A stretch of 64,000 nt of DNA from Vicugna vicugna (Eukaryota): contig MU061560.1 in the NCBI GenBank assembly GCA_013265495.1, forward strand, positions 992,001 through 1,056,000, written 5' to 3'. Positions 25,963-39,511 of the stretch are shown here, piece after piece. Under the pieces are notes generated by a model. That model did not search any database. It worked only from the letters and a program-made list of their open reading frames with translations, and was not told where the DNA came from. How positions within the stretch are numbered: the first letter of the stretch is position 1; the number at the start of each line of letters is the position of its first letter. Made by a program: the position numbers and the translations under genes.

Positions 25963-27559
25963 CTTTAAAAAGAGAAAGTTGCTATAGCCTTTGAGGTGAT
26001 GAAATTTCTCGGGCTGAAGTGGCAGAAACTGGTTAGATTCTGTGGGCAGCCTTGGTAGATTGTTGAGTGGGAGAAAATATAGTTTATAGTGTTTTTGGTT
26101 ATCTGCAGAGGAAACCACTTCTGAGTTTTACGCTTACTGTTCTCAATTTTCTTTATAGTTTATACTTATATCCCTAAACAATAGGTTGCTCAGTTCGCAT
26201 ATTTTAGAGTCTTATATAAAAGGAATTATACTGTGTTAATCTTCTCCAGCTTTCTTTTTCTCTTGTATTATGTTCCTGAGGTTTATTCATGTTATGTGGG
26301 TCATAATTTATTCAATTAATTGCTGTAGTGTTCCATTGTATGAATATACCACACCTTGCAATTACGGGTCTGCATTTTTTTCACTGTTAAGCTGAGAGCT
26401 TCTTAAGGGTGGAAAAAATCTTGTTTATCAATGTGAAATTGGCACAAAGCGAGTATTAAGTAAATGCTTGTTTAATGGTAACTTTGTAACAGGGCAATAA
26501 AAAATGTGAAAAAGAGTTTTCTGAGACCCTAAAAATGTAATTAGACATTCATCGTACCTCTAGTCCAATTATAGGGCAATCCTCAAAGTAAAAAATTCTG
26601 GAGACATGTCTTCTCACTATAAAATGTACTTGCATTTCCTGGGCTTAATATCTTTAGCAATAGTCTCGGATAGGAACGGTGGAATTTGATTTTTTTGTTT
26701 TTTCATTTGAATGCATGTGTTCTTACTAGTGATATTTATATCATAAGTTTAAAAAAGAAGGTGAAGCTTAGTTTTAAACTGTACTGTGTTTTCCCAAGGA
26801 GATTAGCTAACATGATGTTGCATAATCTAAGCAATCAAATGCCTTAGCAACACAGAAGATAATTAGCTACTTTACAGAGCAGGTAATTTTTCAAGTTTGT
26901 TCTTTGCATGAAAAAACGAAATAAAAAAACACCTGGTGCATTTTTTTTGTTTGTTTCTGAGCTACTCTCCCTTTTTCTTGGAAGTGGGGTTGAACAAGAC
27001 TAGGCTGACGTTAGGGCTTTCTTAAGTTTGTCACACGCAAGCCCTCTGAAAATCATCACATTCGTTACTCTAGGTTTTGTTATATTACCCTCCCCCCAGG
27101 AAGTACCATTTTTACAATTTTTTAATCACACACAAAACAAATTGTATGTTTCATAACTTTTCTCGTGTGAGCAATCTCTATGGTTCCTTTTCAGTTAGAC
27201 GCCCCTGAGTTAAAATTTAGGATTTAAAATAATGTTCCAAGCTTGTGAGCTCTGGATTTTTGGGAAGTGCCAGAGTTGTGGAAATCCATTATGTGCACAA
27301 ATCATTTTTCTATAGAATAGAAATATATTATATATTATAATTATTATACATTATATAATGTATTATCATATAAAATATCGTTATATTTATTAAATATAAA
27401 TATGATAAATTATATATAATATAAATTATCTATATATTGTATAATAATACATATAATAAATTTCAACTATAGGTAGATGTAACCATGTTTAATAAAATAA
27501 AAATGAATTTGAAAGTTCTACTAAATAACAAGGCCATTCCTCATTTTTTCTTTTTATTT

Positions 27560-29300
27560 ACCTTGTTTTGTTAAATATTTGTGTCCACATAGTTTTGAAA
27601 CATCAGTGGGCTTATAGTGGAAATGAAAGGACTTCTGTTTCAGCCTTGTCTGTCTCTGTCCTGCCCCCTCATAGGCAATTACCTCATAGTTTTTAGTTCT
27701 AGTTTCTTTAGTTCTTCTAGTTTCTAAATAATACGCATATACTTTTTTATTTTTTAATACTAAAAATTACTTATTGATTTCTAAGTAAGGAAGATGAGGA
27801 TTTAGCCTTCTTTCCCTCTGATCATCTGCACACTTTTAAAAATGTTAGATTTTATATTTTAAAGACTAAATAAATATTAATGCCACCTGAGCCATATAAG
27901 AAGTATGATATAATTACATTTCCATCTTTGAAAAATAACTTTTGTTTTAGCTTTTTTTAGGGAATTAATAATTATTGTTTTGGGCATTCATTTAGTTAGC
28001 TGTACTTACCACTCATAATATATCCATAATTTCTCCACCAGAAATGTGTCCCTGGTATTCAAAACATCAGATAATCTTTAGTTTCAAATATCCATCATCT
28101 ATTAATCTGTTATCAGTTCTAATTTGGACTACTTGCTCTTAAAAACTGCTGTACTACTGACATCGTAATGCCTGCCTTCTCTGTCATCCTAGAAATCTTA
28201 CATATTTGATTATCTATTTCCTGGTGCCCAGGAGGTAGCATTTTTGAGATACTGCACGTCTGAAGATGTCTTCGTTCTGCGCTTAGATGTTATGATTGTT
28301 GGGTTAAGTACGGAAGTCAAGTTTGGATGTCACTTCACTGAGGATCTCAAAGTCTTCGCTACATTTTCAATTTCTACTTCCAGCTTCCCTGTCACCATTC
28401 TCATTGTCATTCCACTGTATGCAGTTTTTTTTTTCACTCTTTGAAAGATTTAAGATCTTATGTTTGTTCCCAGTGTTCTAAAATTTCACATTAAAGCAAC
28501 TTGACATGAGACTTTTATATCTATTGTTTAGGGTACTATGTGGGGCTGTTCAGTACATGTTTTGAGCAAGGTTCTTGAATTAATTACTGTAAAACTTTAT
28601 TTTCTTCATTTTACCTAGTTTTTTTTCCCCTGGACTTCTTATTTTGGGATATTGTATCTCATTGATTGGATTCTTTAACTTTTATATTTGTCTTTCCTAT
28701 TTTCCAAACTTTTATATTTGTTTTGTTTTCTGGAAGATTTTGTTTTCAATATTATAATTCTTCTATGAATTTTTCAACTAAGCTACCATATTTTGAAATG
28801 ATAAGAATTCTGATATTTTTGTTTTGTTTTGTCATCTGTTTTCCTTTCATGGATGCAATATCTTTGCTCATCTCTCAGAAGATACTGAATTAAAAACATT
28901 TCTTCTGTTCTCTGCATCGTTTCTGTTTCTCTCTTATTTCATTGTTTCCTCTAAAAATCAGTGTTGTTTTTTTTTTAAATCTCTGTCTTTCATATAAGAA
29001 ACTTGCCTTAAACTTCTAGTTACATTGTAGTCAGTCATCTTAGGCTGTCTTTTATATTTAAAAGACATATTAAAAAGATAATTGGAAGCGCTAAGTGTGT
29101 GGAAGGCATTTGTCTATGTGACCTTCATTACAAGGTGAGTAGATGAGGTCCTGGACAATCTTTGAGTCCCTCTAAAATCAGTCTCTCTAGATCTTCCACC
29201 TGGGGCATGCCAGTCCCTCCAGAGGATTCCCTCGGACTCCTCCCTGCAGAATATATTCCTAGTTGGTGTATCAGATTTCTAGTAGGTGTGGGTCTTCTCA
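27560..29300 (-). mobile_element. Highly diverged old L1 (L1M/L1ME-type) fragments
   Basis: T-rich antisense L1-like sequence (TTCTAAAATTTCACA, TTTCATGGATGCAATATCTT). Confidence 0.5.
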
Positions 29301-31204
29301 GTTGTTACGCAGACTTATACTTAAACCCCATTTTTGCTTCTCATTCTTCTGTGACTGGCTTCTCTGACTCCTGAACTTTTCCCATTTAACTTCTCTAGAC
29401 TGTTCTCTTCTCTTCTGTTGGTGTGGAAAAAAATTAGTCATCTGGCTGCTTACATCATGAGAAGGGTATGTGGGTCTTAAATGCCCCTTATACAGTTTTT
29501 CCTTTTGTCACTCCCACCTGAACTTTGGCTTTCTGACGGGTGCATGCTGGAAATTTCTTGGTTTTTAATGAATTCATTTTGTATGCCTCTGATTCACTAT
29601 CCCGACCCACCCACTGGCAATTCATTTTCATATTTCTCCATTGCATTCGTTTTCATGCCCCTATCCATTCTTCTGCTATTTTATTGACATCTTTCATCAT
29701 TTCTCATGCATTCCTATTTCCTGTGAAAAGAAAATACACTTACTAATTTAGCATTATAGGACTTAGTATCTATTTTCAAAACTCCTAAAGCAGAAAGTCT
29801 TTTCTAAACTTTGTTCGGTCCCTTGGCATACTTCTGAGGCTACTGATCATGCCCTGGGTTTCCTGTGTTCTGCTGTCTCCAGAAAACTAGATTAAAAGGC
29901 ACTAATAGTTCCTCATGGTCAAAATATTAAACTTTCCATAAACATAATCAAAAGGGGGGGATGACATGACATATTTGTAGGTGACTGTGTGATTTTCTCA
30001 AGGAAAGAGAGCTTTTGGTCTCTTTCATGTGGATCTGTATGTTTCTGTGCACCCCACACTCTCCTCTCTCAGTCAGGTCTCACTTTAAGCATTTAATTTT
30101 ATTGCTTTAGGCATTTAGCTTATGAGAACTTAGTGATGATCGTATTCAACTTCGTTTTTACAAATGAGAAAATAGATGTAAATTGTAAATTGAGATTTCA
30201 GAGCTCCCCTAAGTGATACCTTAGCAGTAGAATTTGAATTTAATTATGCATATTTAGTTAGTTTAATGTTAATCTAGATTAAACTGCCTTTTATGGTTAA
30301 ACATTCAAAGACCTCGGGTGAACACAGCTGCTCTTCTGTCTCCTGTTGACAGAGTAAAGACAAGGGTGAGAAGGCATCTTTCAGTGTCCAGCTGCACTAT
30401 TTCCACAACTCACTCATACAGCTCAGTTCCAATGGTTGGATAATTTCCCCTAATAGGGAGAGCAGAGAGGTTGAAAATCAGGACACTTCAATTGTAAGTT
30501 AAATTATTAGATTCAGGCTTCCTTAAGTAGCATGGTAGCCCCATCAAACTACTGCATTCTGAAAATTTTATTGAAGAAGAAATAAGAAAGCTTTTTAAAA
30601 ATATTTAATTAGAAGAAAACCATTCAGCTTTAGAAAAATTGCAAGAATGACAACAGTATGAAGAGCATCCTCATACCTTTTACTCAGATTCACCCATTAT
30701 TAACATTTTATTCCATTTGCTTTATCATTTACTCTTTCTCTGCTAATCTATATAATATTTTTGAACAACTTAATATTAAGATGCTTACATGGTGGCCTTT
30801 TAGTCTTAAATTCTTCAGTGAATATTTCCTAAGAGTACAACCATTTATATCTCCAGTATATTTATCACCGTTACCAGCATAGAGGCTCTTACTTAGCCCC
30901 AGGGCGGTTCTCAAATGTACAGCATATTTATCACCTTCAGTAAATTTAACATTGATTTATTACTTTTACTGAATTTACATATATTTCAACTTGTTATTTG
31001 ATTCAACCATTACCTATATAACACTTTTTTCTTCCTTCTAGTCGAGGATCTAATATAGGAACAAGAATTTTACTTGGCTATATCTCTTTATTGTTCTTAA
31101 ACCTGTAATGTTTTCAGTTCTTTTATTTTTCAGGACATTGACATTAAAAATATAGTTCTTTTAAAAATTAATCAAATGTTGCCTAGTTTGCTTTTTCTTA
31201 TGTT

Positions 31205-31406
31205 TCTTCTTGAATATACCAACCCATTTGCGTATAAAATCACCAAGCCCTAACCCCAAGATGGATTCACAGTCTAAGGCACTAAGCCCGCTGTGGCTCC
31301 CCTTTGCCAGGCAAAACAATAAAGCTGCTCTTTTCTTTGCTCCCAAAACTCTGTCTCTGAGTTTGAATTTACTTTTCTGGGTGCAGACGCTAATTTTTTG
31401 GCAACA
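31205..31406 (+). mobile_element. ERV LTR 3' fragment
   Basis: TATAAAA, AATAAAG and terminal TTTGGCAACA. Confidence 0.6.
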
Positions 31407-32195
31407 AAAATTCTATAGTCACTTTAAGTTGCAAACACAGTGTTAAATCACTAATTGTAATACTTTAGGCTTCCAACATTATTCAGGGATAAAATTCTTC
31501 ATTCTTTCCCTAATCTGGAACCCCTTAAGGCTGACATTCTTCTCTAAGAGAAGGGACAGAAATCCCCTTTGTTTTCCAGTTAGCACAGTTCCCACTCACT
31601 AGCTGTGACTGTGGACTCTTGAGGAGTTGGAGAGGGGGTTGAAGAAGGAGAGGCAAAAAGAGACAGAAAAAATCTTAGCTGCCCAGCACTGTTGTAAGAT
31701 GGCTTTGCCCTCCGTGGGTCTGGTTGTGCTTAAAACTGATTATCTTCTAGGTCATTTGCATGTTGATATTACAGAGTCCCTCCACCAACTACTGGTAGTC
31801 TTTTATATGCAGTTACTTTTTTGTTTTAATAGACTTTATTTTTTTAGAGCAGTTTCAGGTTTACAGCAGAATTGAGCAGAAAATACAGAGTTCCCACATA
31901 GCCCTCCCCACCCACACATACATACTCCCTTACCCCCAACATCCCTCATCCGTGTGGCATATTTGGTGTAATCAATGAACCAACATGGACACATCATTAC
32001 CAACCAAATTCCACAGTTGACATTAGGGTTCACTCTTGACGTTGTACATTCTATGGGCTCCGGCAAATGCTATAAGCAGTTACTTTTATATGAGCAAACA
32101 TGCTCTTCTAAGCAGTCATTTCCTCAAGAGGACTTTTGAAGAGTTCAGTAGGATTCTTTTTTTCTTCTTTCCTTACGTGCTCCCTCCCTTCTTTC

Positions 32196-32562
32196 TGTAT
32201 CTATCTGTTAATCTATCTATCTATATGCCTATCTATGTATTATCTATTTATCTGTCTATCTGTCTATCTATCGTTTATCAAAAGGGGTTGGCCTACATTA
32301 TTGTGGAGATGGTGAGGCAAGTTCAAAACCCACTGGACAGGCCATCTGGAAGGGCAGGCTAGAAACTCTCAGAGCAGATGGAATTTCTTCTTTCTGGTGA
32401 AACCTCTTTTCTCTTCCAGTCTTCCCACTGATTAGATGAAAGTCAATTGAGGGCAGATTGATAATCACATCTGTAAAATGCCTTCGTAGCAACATCTAGA
32501 TTAGTGTTTGAATGATGGTGAACTGTAGCCTCGCCAAACTGACACATAAAATTAGCCATCAC
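32196..32562 (-). mobile_element. MLT2 (ERVL) LTR with (TCTA)n
   Basis: Reverse complement begins TGTGATGGCTAATTTTATGTGTCAG, the MLT2 5' motif. Confidence 0.8.
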
Positions 32563-33708
32563 AGGCAAGTACTCTAACACATGGCTACCATACCAGCTAC
32601 ATAAGAAAGCGGAAGTGTATGAGAAGAAAAAATGTCGAGTCTGGTTTTGGACATGTAGAATTTTCAGTGTCCCTGAATTCCTGACATATTATCTTTGTGA
32701 TTCTGTATAAAGGGGTTGCTCTGGATGATTCTTGAGGCTTCTTTCAGTTATAAAATAAATTACAGTATCATCATGTACAAAAGCAATAGAGATGATTAAC
32801 AAAAGGCAATTATTACAAAAGGAATAACCTTGCAGAATTGACAGTTTTTTCCTATCTACTGCCTCTCCCTAAAAGAAGGCTAGTACAATGAATTAATTAT
32901 GAAAGAGAAATAAGGCATTAATTTAGGCATTTATTCAGCACACCAAACACTAGGTTAGATGCTACAGATGTAAAGTGAAATGTGATCCAGTCCTGAATGC
33001 AGAGCAATGTGGCTATAATCTAATCATCATTAGCAAATCAATCATTTCAGCACAATATGATAACGCAGATAGGGGTGTGTAGCACTGAGGAGTGGCATCT
33101 GACTTGAGCCAGGGATTCAGAGAAGACTTCTTGGAAGACATATGTTGAGAACAGAAATTGAAGGTCAGGATTTAAATAGAATGAGAAGGTAGTCATGGGG
33201 ATGGGCAGCTGCTGGGAAGTGGCAGGGAGAGGGATAAAGAAACTGTGATAAAACCTCTACCACCAGCTGGGAAGGCAGACAGGGAACAAAAAGAACTGTC
33301 ACAAAATTTGATGGGCTATTTAATTCTTGAAAAGTGCTGTACGTTTGCATGGAAAGGAGTTAATGTATTTGGAGATAGTGAGAGAAGCCATGTGTCTTGA
33401 TCAAAGCCTTGAGAGAGGAGAAGGAAGTTCTCAGGGATGATGATGGGGAGGGTGGTTGGGGACAGGCACAGCTGGAGGAGGCATTTCAGGTAGAAGGTGG
33501 AGCAGAGCAAGTTTGGGGGTGAGAAAGAGGCTGGATTATTAATTCACTTGTGGGTATGCTATGTCTTTCTGAACATTCATATGGTGGAGAAAAATAGCGT
33601 GATTAGATATACACTGGGTGAAAATCCAAAGCTCAAGTGTTGGGTAACTAATGATCCATTTAATGTGATCACATTATACAGAAAATATCCAAAGAGAGAT
33701 GATTTTAC

Positions 33709-33825
33709 TCTAGGTTTATTCCTTTGGTCTCGAAATTTTATGAAATCCTTTTGCCAAAATTGACGAAATTCTTTTTTGTCTTCATTCCTTCATCTTTCAA
33801 AGTTTTCTGGTAGCCTTACAGTTCT
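33709..33825 (-). pseudogene. TRANK1-like exon remnant (117 nt, phase 0-0)
   Basis: 'RTVRLPENFER*RNEDKKEFRQFWQKDFIKFRDQRNKPR' vs recalled 'NYPEEFEKLLHQEEDNY'; donor GTAAAA; weak acceptor. Confidence 0.5.
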
Positions 33826-33921
33826 CTTTGATGACAATCACATTCAATGTCTTCAGCATACATAATGGTAACTTTTCAAATTGTGACCTGACCCCAGCAG
33901 TTCCCAATAATTCTCACTTAC

Positions 33922-34093
33922 TCTTGCCATTTTAAATATTTACTGGATGTAGACTTTTTTCCATATTACCATGCTGTCTTCATTTGCAGAGCTGGGAGTC
34001 ACCAATGACTGGCACAGCCTCAGAACATTACGATGAAGTAGTGGGGAGATTTTGTGGAGTTGGAAAGCCAGACTGTGTTTGTGATTCTTTGTG

Positions 34094-34098
<5 letters not shown>
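33922..34098 (-). pseudogene. TRANK1-like exon remnant (177 nt)
   Basis: Donor AGA|GTAAGT; '...LVTPSSANEDSMVIWKKVYIQ*IFKMAR' vs recalled 'RRESTDLWLSAMQ'; acceptor abuts a (CA)n run. Confidence 0.5.
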
Positions 34099-34099
<1 letters not shown>

Positions 34100-34124
<25 letters not shown>

Positions 34125-34125
34125 G
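34100..34125. repeat. (GT)n microsatellite
   Basis: TG run. Confidence 0.95.
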
Positions 34126-35672
34126 TATTTTCAGTGGGCCTTCCCAGTGAATGAAAAGCCCCAGAGGAATGCCAGTACATGGATTTCTCCTCAGTTTGTA
34201 CTTAAGCACGATCTGTCCTACATATGAAATAGTGGATGCAAATGTGCTGAGTCTAAGAAATGCATCTTACTAAGGGAGAACACTACTACTTTACATTATA
34301 TTGAAAAAAATACTTCAAGGAGTTGGGCATAATGAACCTGCATTAGCTGGAAGCTTTTTTTTTTTTTTGCAATAGAAATATATTTGTCCAAATTTAACAT
34401 TAACAAAACTTTTAATGTAACTTCTGTTTTCTTCAGTTTAACGTACCTTCCTTCCTTCCTTCCTTCTTTCCTTCCTTCCTACCTTCCTATTTTATTTGCT
34501 TAATGACTCCGTATCTCCCCTTCCTCCTTCAGTATCTATTTAACACCTGCTACATATAAGGCTATACTCGTCATGTTGTGAGAGTTATAAAGATTGAAAA
34601 TACTGAGAATAATTAAGCACTTTTGAGTTCTTATTATGTACTAGGCTCTCTTCCATGTATTACACATATGTTAATTTATTTAATCTTCACAATAATTGTA
34701 TGAAACTGACACTGTTATCACCTCCATTTATGGATGAGAAACTGAGTCTTAAAGAAGTCCAGTAATTGCCCTAGAAGTAGAAGAAGTAAACCTACATTTT
34801 TTCATATCCTTACCATTTCGTCTTATAAACGCTGTTGGAAAAGTGACAGACACAAAAATAAATAAAAGATAAGATAGAATGGGATAAAAGCCATGAGAAG
34901 TGGTCAAAGTACTGCTGCTGCTCAGAGGAGGGAAAAAGCTCTGCGGATGTTGTCCGTCTTCGGGCACCTTGACTGATGGGAAAGGTTTTGCGAGTGTCGA
35001 GTAAAGCGGACATTTTAGCAGGAGGGAATGGCTTGAGTCATTTCTTTTGGGTGAGCCATTGAGGACATAAAGGAGAGCAGCCGGAATAAAGCCTAGGAAG
35101 GTGAGTCAGAGCAATGTTGTGTTAAGGCTTTAAATATAAGCAGAGAAACTGGCGTTTAACAGGTCCTTTAGGAGGAGCACAGATAAAGATTTTGAACAGG
35201 AGAGTGCCATGATTTGTGTAGTGGTTTGTGAAAAATCATGTGTTACCTTTCTGTGAAATGGAGTAACGAGAGAGTTCAGATCTGAGAGATCGGTTCAGTT
35301 TCCATCTAGAAATATCAGAGGAGATTTTCCACTCTTAATAGGAAATAAACATATAAGGTCAAGGGCAAGGACTTCTAAGAGACCCTCAGCACTCAGCCCA
35401 GATCGTTTTATATTTCTTCTCTTTCTCGTTTCTGTGTTCTTTCACATTTGGCCTCCCTGCCATTTGGAAAGTTTCCCAATGCCTGACCTGACTGCTCATC
35501 ATTTTTTTCCTCCTTCCAATTTCTCTTCATTGTTATAATCAAATTTATGAAATTATACATCTTTGTTGTTTATGCTGCATGGCGCTGAATATTTGCTAAT
35601 AAAAATATGCATTTCTGCTGACCTTTAGCAAAAAACCAAAGCAAAGCCAAAACAAAACAAATCAAAACATAC

Positions 35673-35878
35673 AGCCTTTAAGTGAGTAAACAGAGAGCCA
35701 TGCAGAAATCAGCTTTATGGCTTCTGACAATGGGAGCGTCCTGTCAGTAAGGAGCAACTGTCACAGAAACAACGCTGCCGACATTTGTCTCCCAGGATTT
35801 TATCTTAGGTTCTGCCAATGAAAACCCAAGAGTAAGCCTCTGACGATTACTTAGAGGGTCTGTGGTCAATAGGCTAAA
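35673..35878 (-). pseudogene. TRANK1-like exon remnant
   Basis: Acceptor TTTTTATTTTATTCAG; 'VIVRGLLLGFHWQNLR*NPGRQ' vs recalled 'ILDVLFPKHFHQRVLSENPM'; four stops; donor uncertain. Confidence 0.5.
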
Positions 35879-36962
35879 CTGAATAAAATAAAAATCTTGA
35901 GTAAAGGAGAGCAGAAAAGTTTGGCTTTCCGGACTGGACAAGCATAAATTCATTAACTGTGTGAAGGGAGTTCAAGTAAAACATTAAAACAATAGTCTGA
36001 AAGTTACATTGCAGAATGCAATTTCAGGATGCTTAAGAATATCTGTATTATAGTATAGTCCTCTACTTCCATTACTTGTGAGCTAAGAGTATTCATGGAA
36101 GGAAAAGGTTTGCTTTTTTTTTTAATCTTCTCTTTCAATCTTTATATAGTTCTATAAGATTTTTAGTAAAATTACTTTCTGGCAAGTATTTTGTTGAAGA
36201 TCATAATCAGCAAACAGATTTAAAATCAAGTTATTTTCTCAATGAATGGGCTTCATTTTGATTTCAATTTTGAGACATTACCAGTCTCAAACATTCTGTC
36301 TTCTTTGTCCCATGAGATGTGCTGTAGTTCATAACTAAGTCTGTGCCCTCCATGTGTCTCTCTGGTGTTTTGCCAAAGGCCTGTTTGCCATTTGCTTCTG
36401 TCTGCTGAAACTATCTCCACCCACCACTCATCAGCTCTCATTCATGTGTCTTCTGTAGCAAGTGTACCTACCAGTCATATTACCAATACATCCAAACTTC
36501 CAAATTTACCCCTGGCACATTATTTAGGCTATGAACTTCTCAGAAATTAGGATTCTGCCTTTAATTACTCTCCCCTCCAATAATTCCTCTGCTTTCCAAA
36601 CTCAGAGAAGGCTGCCCCGACCTCTTCTCTCCTTTGTGGGGTTAGGTATGAGCTCCCCTAGCCCTTTGTGCTTATGAATCTTAACACTTGTTATAATCCT
36701 CTCTCTCCTTGGGCTCGGAGGCTGTGTCATTCATTTTATATCTTTAGGGCTTGGCACTGTTTTCAGCACACAATGAGTTTGTTGGTAAAGATCTGTGCAA
36801 TAGAAAAAAACAAAAGAACTATTTATTTTTTTTTTTGTTGTTGTTAAAAAATGCATGCTTTAGAAAATGGACTCCAATATTACTATTGACAGAGTTACAA
36901 ATTAAGTTAATTTTCAGCCTTTTCCCAGGTTTCTTTCCTTTTCTTGCTAGACACCAGTCTAC

Positions 36963-37061
36963 CTCCTGGGCACCTTCAGGTCATCTTCAGGCATTGCTTT
37001 GGGCTCAAAGGGTCCATTTCTTCTCATCAACGTTTATATTCTTTCATTTTTGTGATAATAG
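36963..37061 (-). pseudogene. Exon remnant (99 nt, phase 2-2)
   Basis: 'YYHKNERI*TLMRRNGPFEPKAMPEDDLKVPR'; AG acceptor and AG|GTAGAC donor; phase-compatible with both neighbouring segments. Confidence 0.45.
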
Positions 37062-37303
37062 CTAATTGTCAGCAAAGTAAAACAATGTATTTAATTCACA
37101 AAAAATAATGAAGAACTAAAGCTTAGAGATTTAACTATTTCAGATCTATTTGAGCTGCTCAGTGGAACACCCCATACAAGACGCTATTGTATGCCATGAC
37201 ATAATCGTATGTTTGTGTGTGTGTGTGTGTCTGTATGTTCTTGATTTGAGGGTATTCTGGATTATATCATAACAATAACACCCAACATCGCTTTCTCCAT
37301 TAC

Positions 37304-37366
37304 TCCATACAATTGTATGTTGTAAGATCACCATGAACTTTGCATATGTGGAGGTGTTCTGTTTTT
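37304..37366 (-). pseudogene. Exon remnant (63 nt, phase 2-2)
   Basis: Acceptor TCTTCTATTGTATAG; 'KTEHLHICKVHGDLTTYNCM'; joined reading 'NCMDYYH' vs recalled TRANK1 'NCEHFH'. Confidence 0.45.
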
Positions 37367-38419
37367 CTATACAATAGAAGACACTTTCCCTCTCCTTTAT
37401 TTTTAATCCAACCACACTGCTCTACCTGGTTTATATTCTCATTCTCTCTGACGGGCTATAAGATTCTGATGTAATTTCACATGCAATGTCAAATGGACTA
37501 AAATCTTGCGTATGAGAAATTTTTTTCATGAAATATTACCAACACCTTTGAAATAACAATATTTTATGGTGGAAATCTACCAACGCTGCTGTGACATCAT
37601 TGGGGTGGTGTTATGTGTTTGGAAACAGGTAGCTTGTGTTAGGAACAATTAATTTTAAGTTGATAAATATATTAAGGAATTTTCTTTCCTTCTGAAACTA
37701 ATGCTACTATGTAAATATTGCTTATGTCCTTTCTTCCAAAGAAAAATTTCCATTAAATCAGACTTGAATATCTTCTCTCGAGTGCTGAAAAGAAGGCTTC
37801 CTTCTTCTAGGACACTGTAATTTTTACTTTTGTCTCCGTTCTTTCTTCCTTATTAAATTGGCCTCTTGTTCTATGTCTTGCTCCCTTTACTGACAAGATG
37901 ATTCCTTCCTATATATCATTTTTTTTTCTGGAAAATGCTATGCAGAAATTTCAACACTTCTACATGTGAAAAAACAACAGTAAGCCTTAGACTGTAAGAG
38001 AGGTTATAACCAAGCATGGCCTGAAAGTTGAGGAACCTGAATTACAATCCTACATCTACTCCTTACAACCAACACAGCCTTCACTGAGGAACTTCTCTGG
38101 ACCTCTTTCCTCATTTATAAAAGGCAGGTATGAACTGGATTGTTCTAATATCCCCTTGGGCGCTATGCTTCAAATTGTGTGATATCTGCATGGCGTGGTA
38201 GCTCCACAATATCATCAAGGACTCAGGCTCCTTCTAGTTTTGTCTACCAGCATCTTCATCAGTGCAACTTACTAGGCAGGATGAAGAGAAAACAGAAAAG
38301 GAAAAGGCGAAAACAGGGAAATTATATTGATGCCATCAAGATGATTAGGATTCTGTTTGTAAGGTAGAGTACAGGATGGATACTGGATAGGCCTACCACA
38401 TGGGGCTAGTGATAGATAG

Positions 38420-39505
38420 TATGATCTCATTCTTCACATATTTATTTATTCAACTAGTCAGTCTTTACCGACAGCCTTCTTTGTGCCAGGGATTCTCCTC
38501 AGGTACTGAGCATTTGGTGGTGAATATCACAGGCATTGCACTTTTCTTCACAGAACTTGTAGAAACTACTAGAATCAGTAGGAGAGCTGGACATAAAAAA
38601 CAAACACAAAAATAAATATATAGTTGCACCTTAAGATATATGATCTGAAAGAAAAAGATTGGTTATCATAAGAAGGCAACAGAATTACCAAATTTAAATT
38701 AGAAGGTCAGATGACGTCTAAGAAAGTGAGATTTAAACAGGAGTTGCATCCTTAGAGTAAAAGATGGGCTAGGAGGTGAAGAGTCTTAGAACAGAAGCAA
38801 CAGTATGGCTCCATAAAAGCCACTGTGGCAAGAACATGTTGAGGAAGGGTAAAGAGTAGTATGAGATGAGGTTGGCCAGGCAGATGAGGGCCAGAGCACA
38901 CAGAGAGAGAAAGAAAGGCACCAACTATGAGCCAATGTATGGAGGTGTCGGCTTTCACAGGAAGTGGAGTATTAGTGATTCATAAAGCTTGAGACAAGGG
39001 AAACCTAGACTTGTGACTGCATTGCAAGGCATGATCAAGTTAGAGGGCATTTTTTAACCAAGCTAAGAAAACTGCATTTATCCAGGCTTGTGGTGAGCCA
39101 TTGAAAGACTGGAATGGAAATGTTGGGTGGTGGTGGTGCTGGTGGTGGTGGTGGGTATATGAGTTGCAGGGAGCTCAAGTAAGTAGCTGTATAGAAGATG
39201 GATTTAAAGGAGGCAATATGAGAGGCAGAGAGACATAGAAGAAGCCTTTGAAAAAGTATAAATAGGTGATAAATAATAAAGACAGAAACTCTATATATCA
39301 TGTATATATAAATAATAGTAAATAGTGACATTCAGAAAAACCTTGTTGAGTCAGTAAAGAGGTAGGGAAAGTTATGGACTGTAACATGAGTGATATTTGC
39401 TGAGGTAGATAGGAACTAGATGATATGGGCCTTGTGGGACATGGTAAGCAGCTTATGTTAAATTTTAAGAGCAGTAGGAAATTATTGAAATGTTTTAGGC
39501 TGGGG
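38420..39505 (-). mobile_element. L2 fragments
   Basis: Antisense L2 3'-end motifs (TTTATTCAAC...TGTGCCAGG; GAGCCATTGAAAG). Confidence 0.55.
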
Positions 39506-39511
39506 ATGTCA

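Noticed and set aside
26817..26852. RFX X-box-like motif (TGCCTTAGCAAC)
   Set aside because: A single imperfect motif with no promoter context; could arise by chance in 64 kb.
36951..37055. Plus-strand acceptor TTCCTTTTCTTGCTAG suggesting a plus-strand exon
   Set aside because: No coherent plus-strand exon chain; the minus-strand reading is phase-consistent with its neighbours.
37304..37366. 'HGDLTTYN' resembles the Bud32/TP53RK kinase catalytic loop (HGDLTTSN)
   Set aside because: No DFG or other kinase motifs in adjacent segments; the context fits the TRANK1-like chain better.
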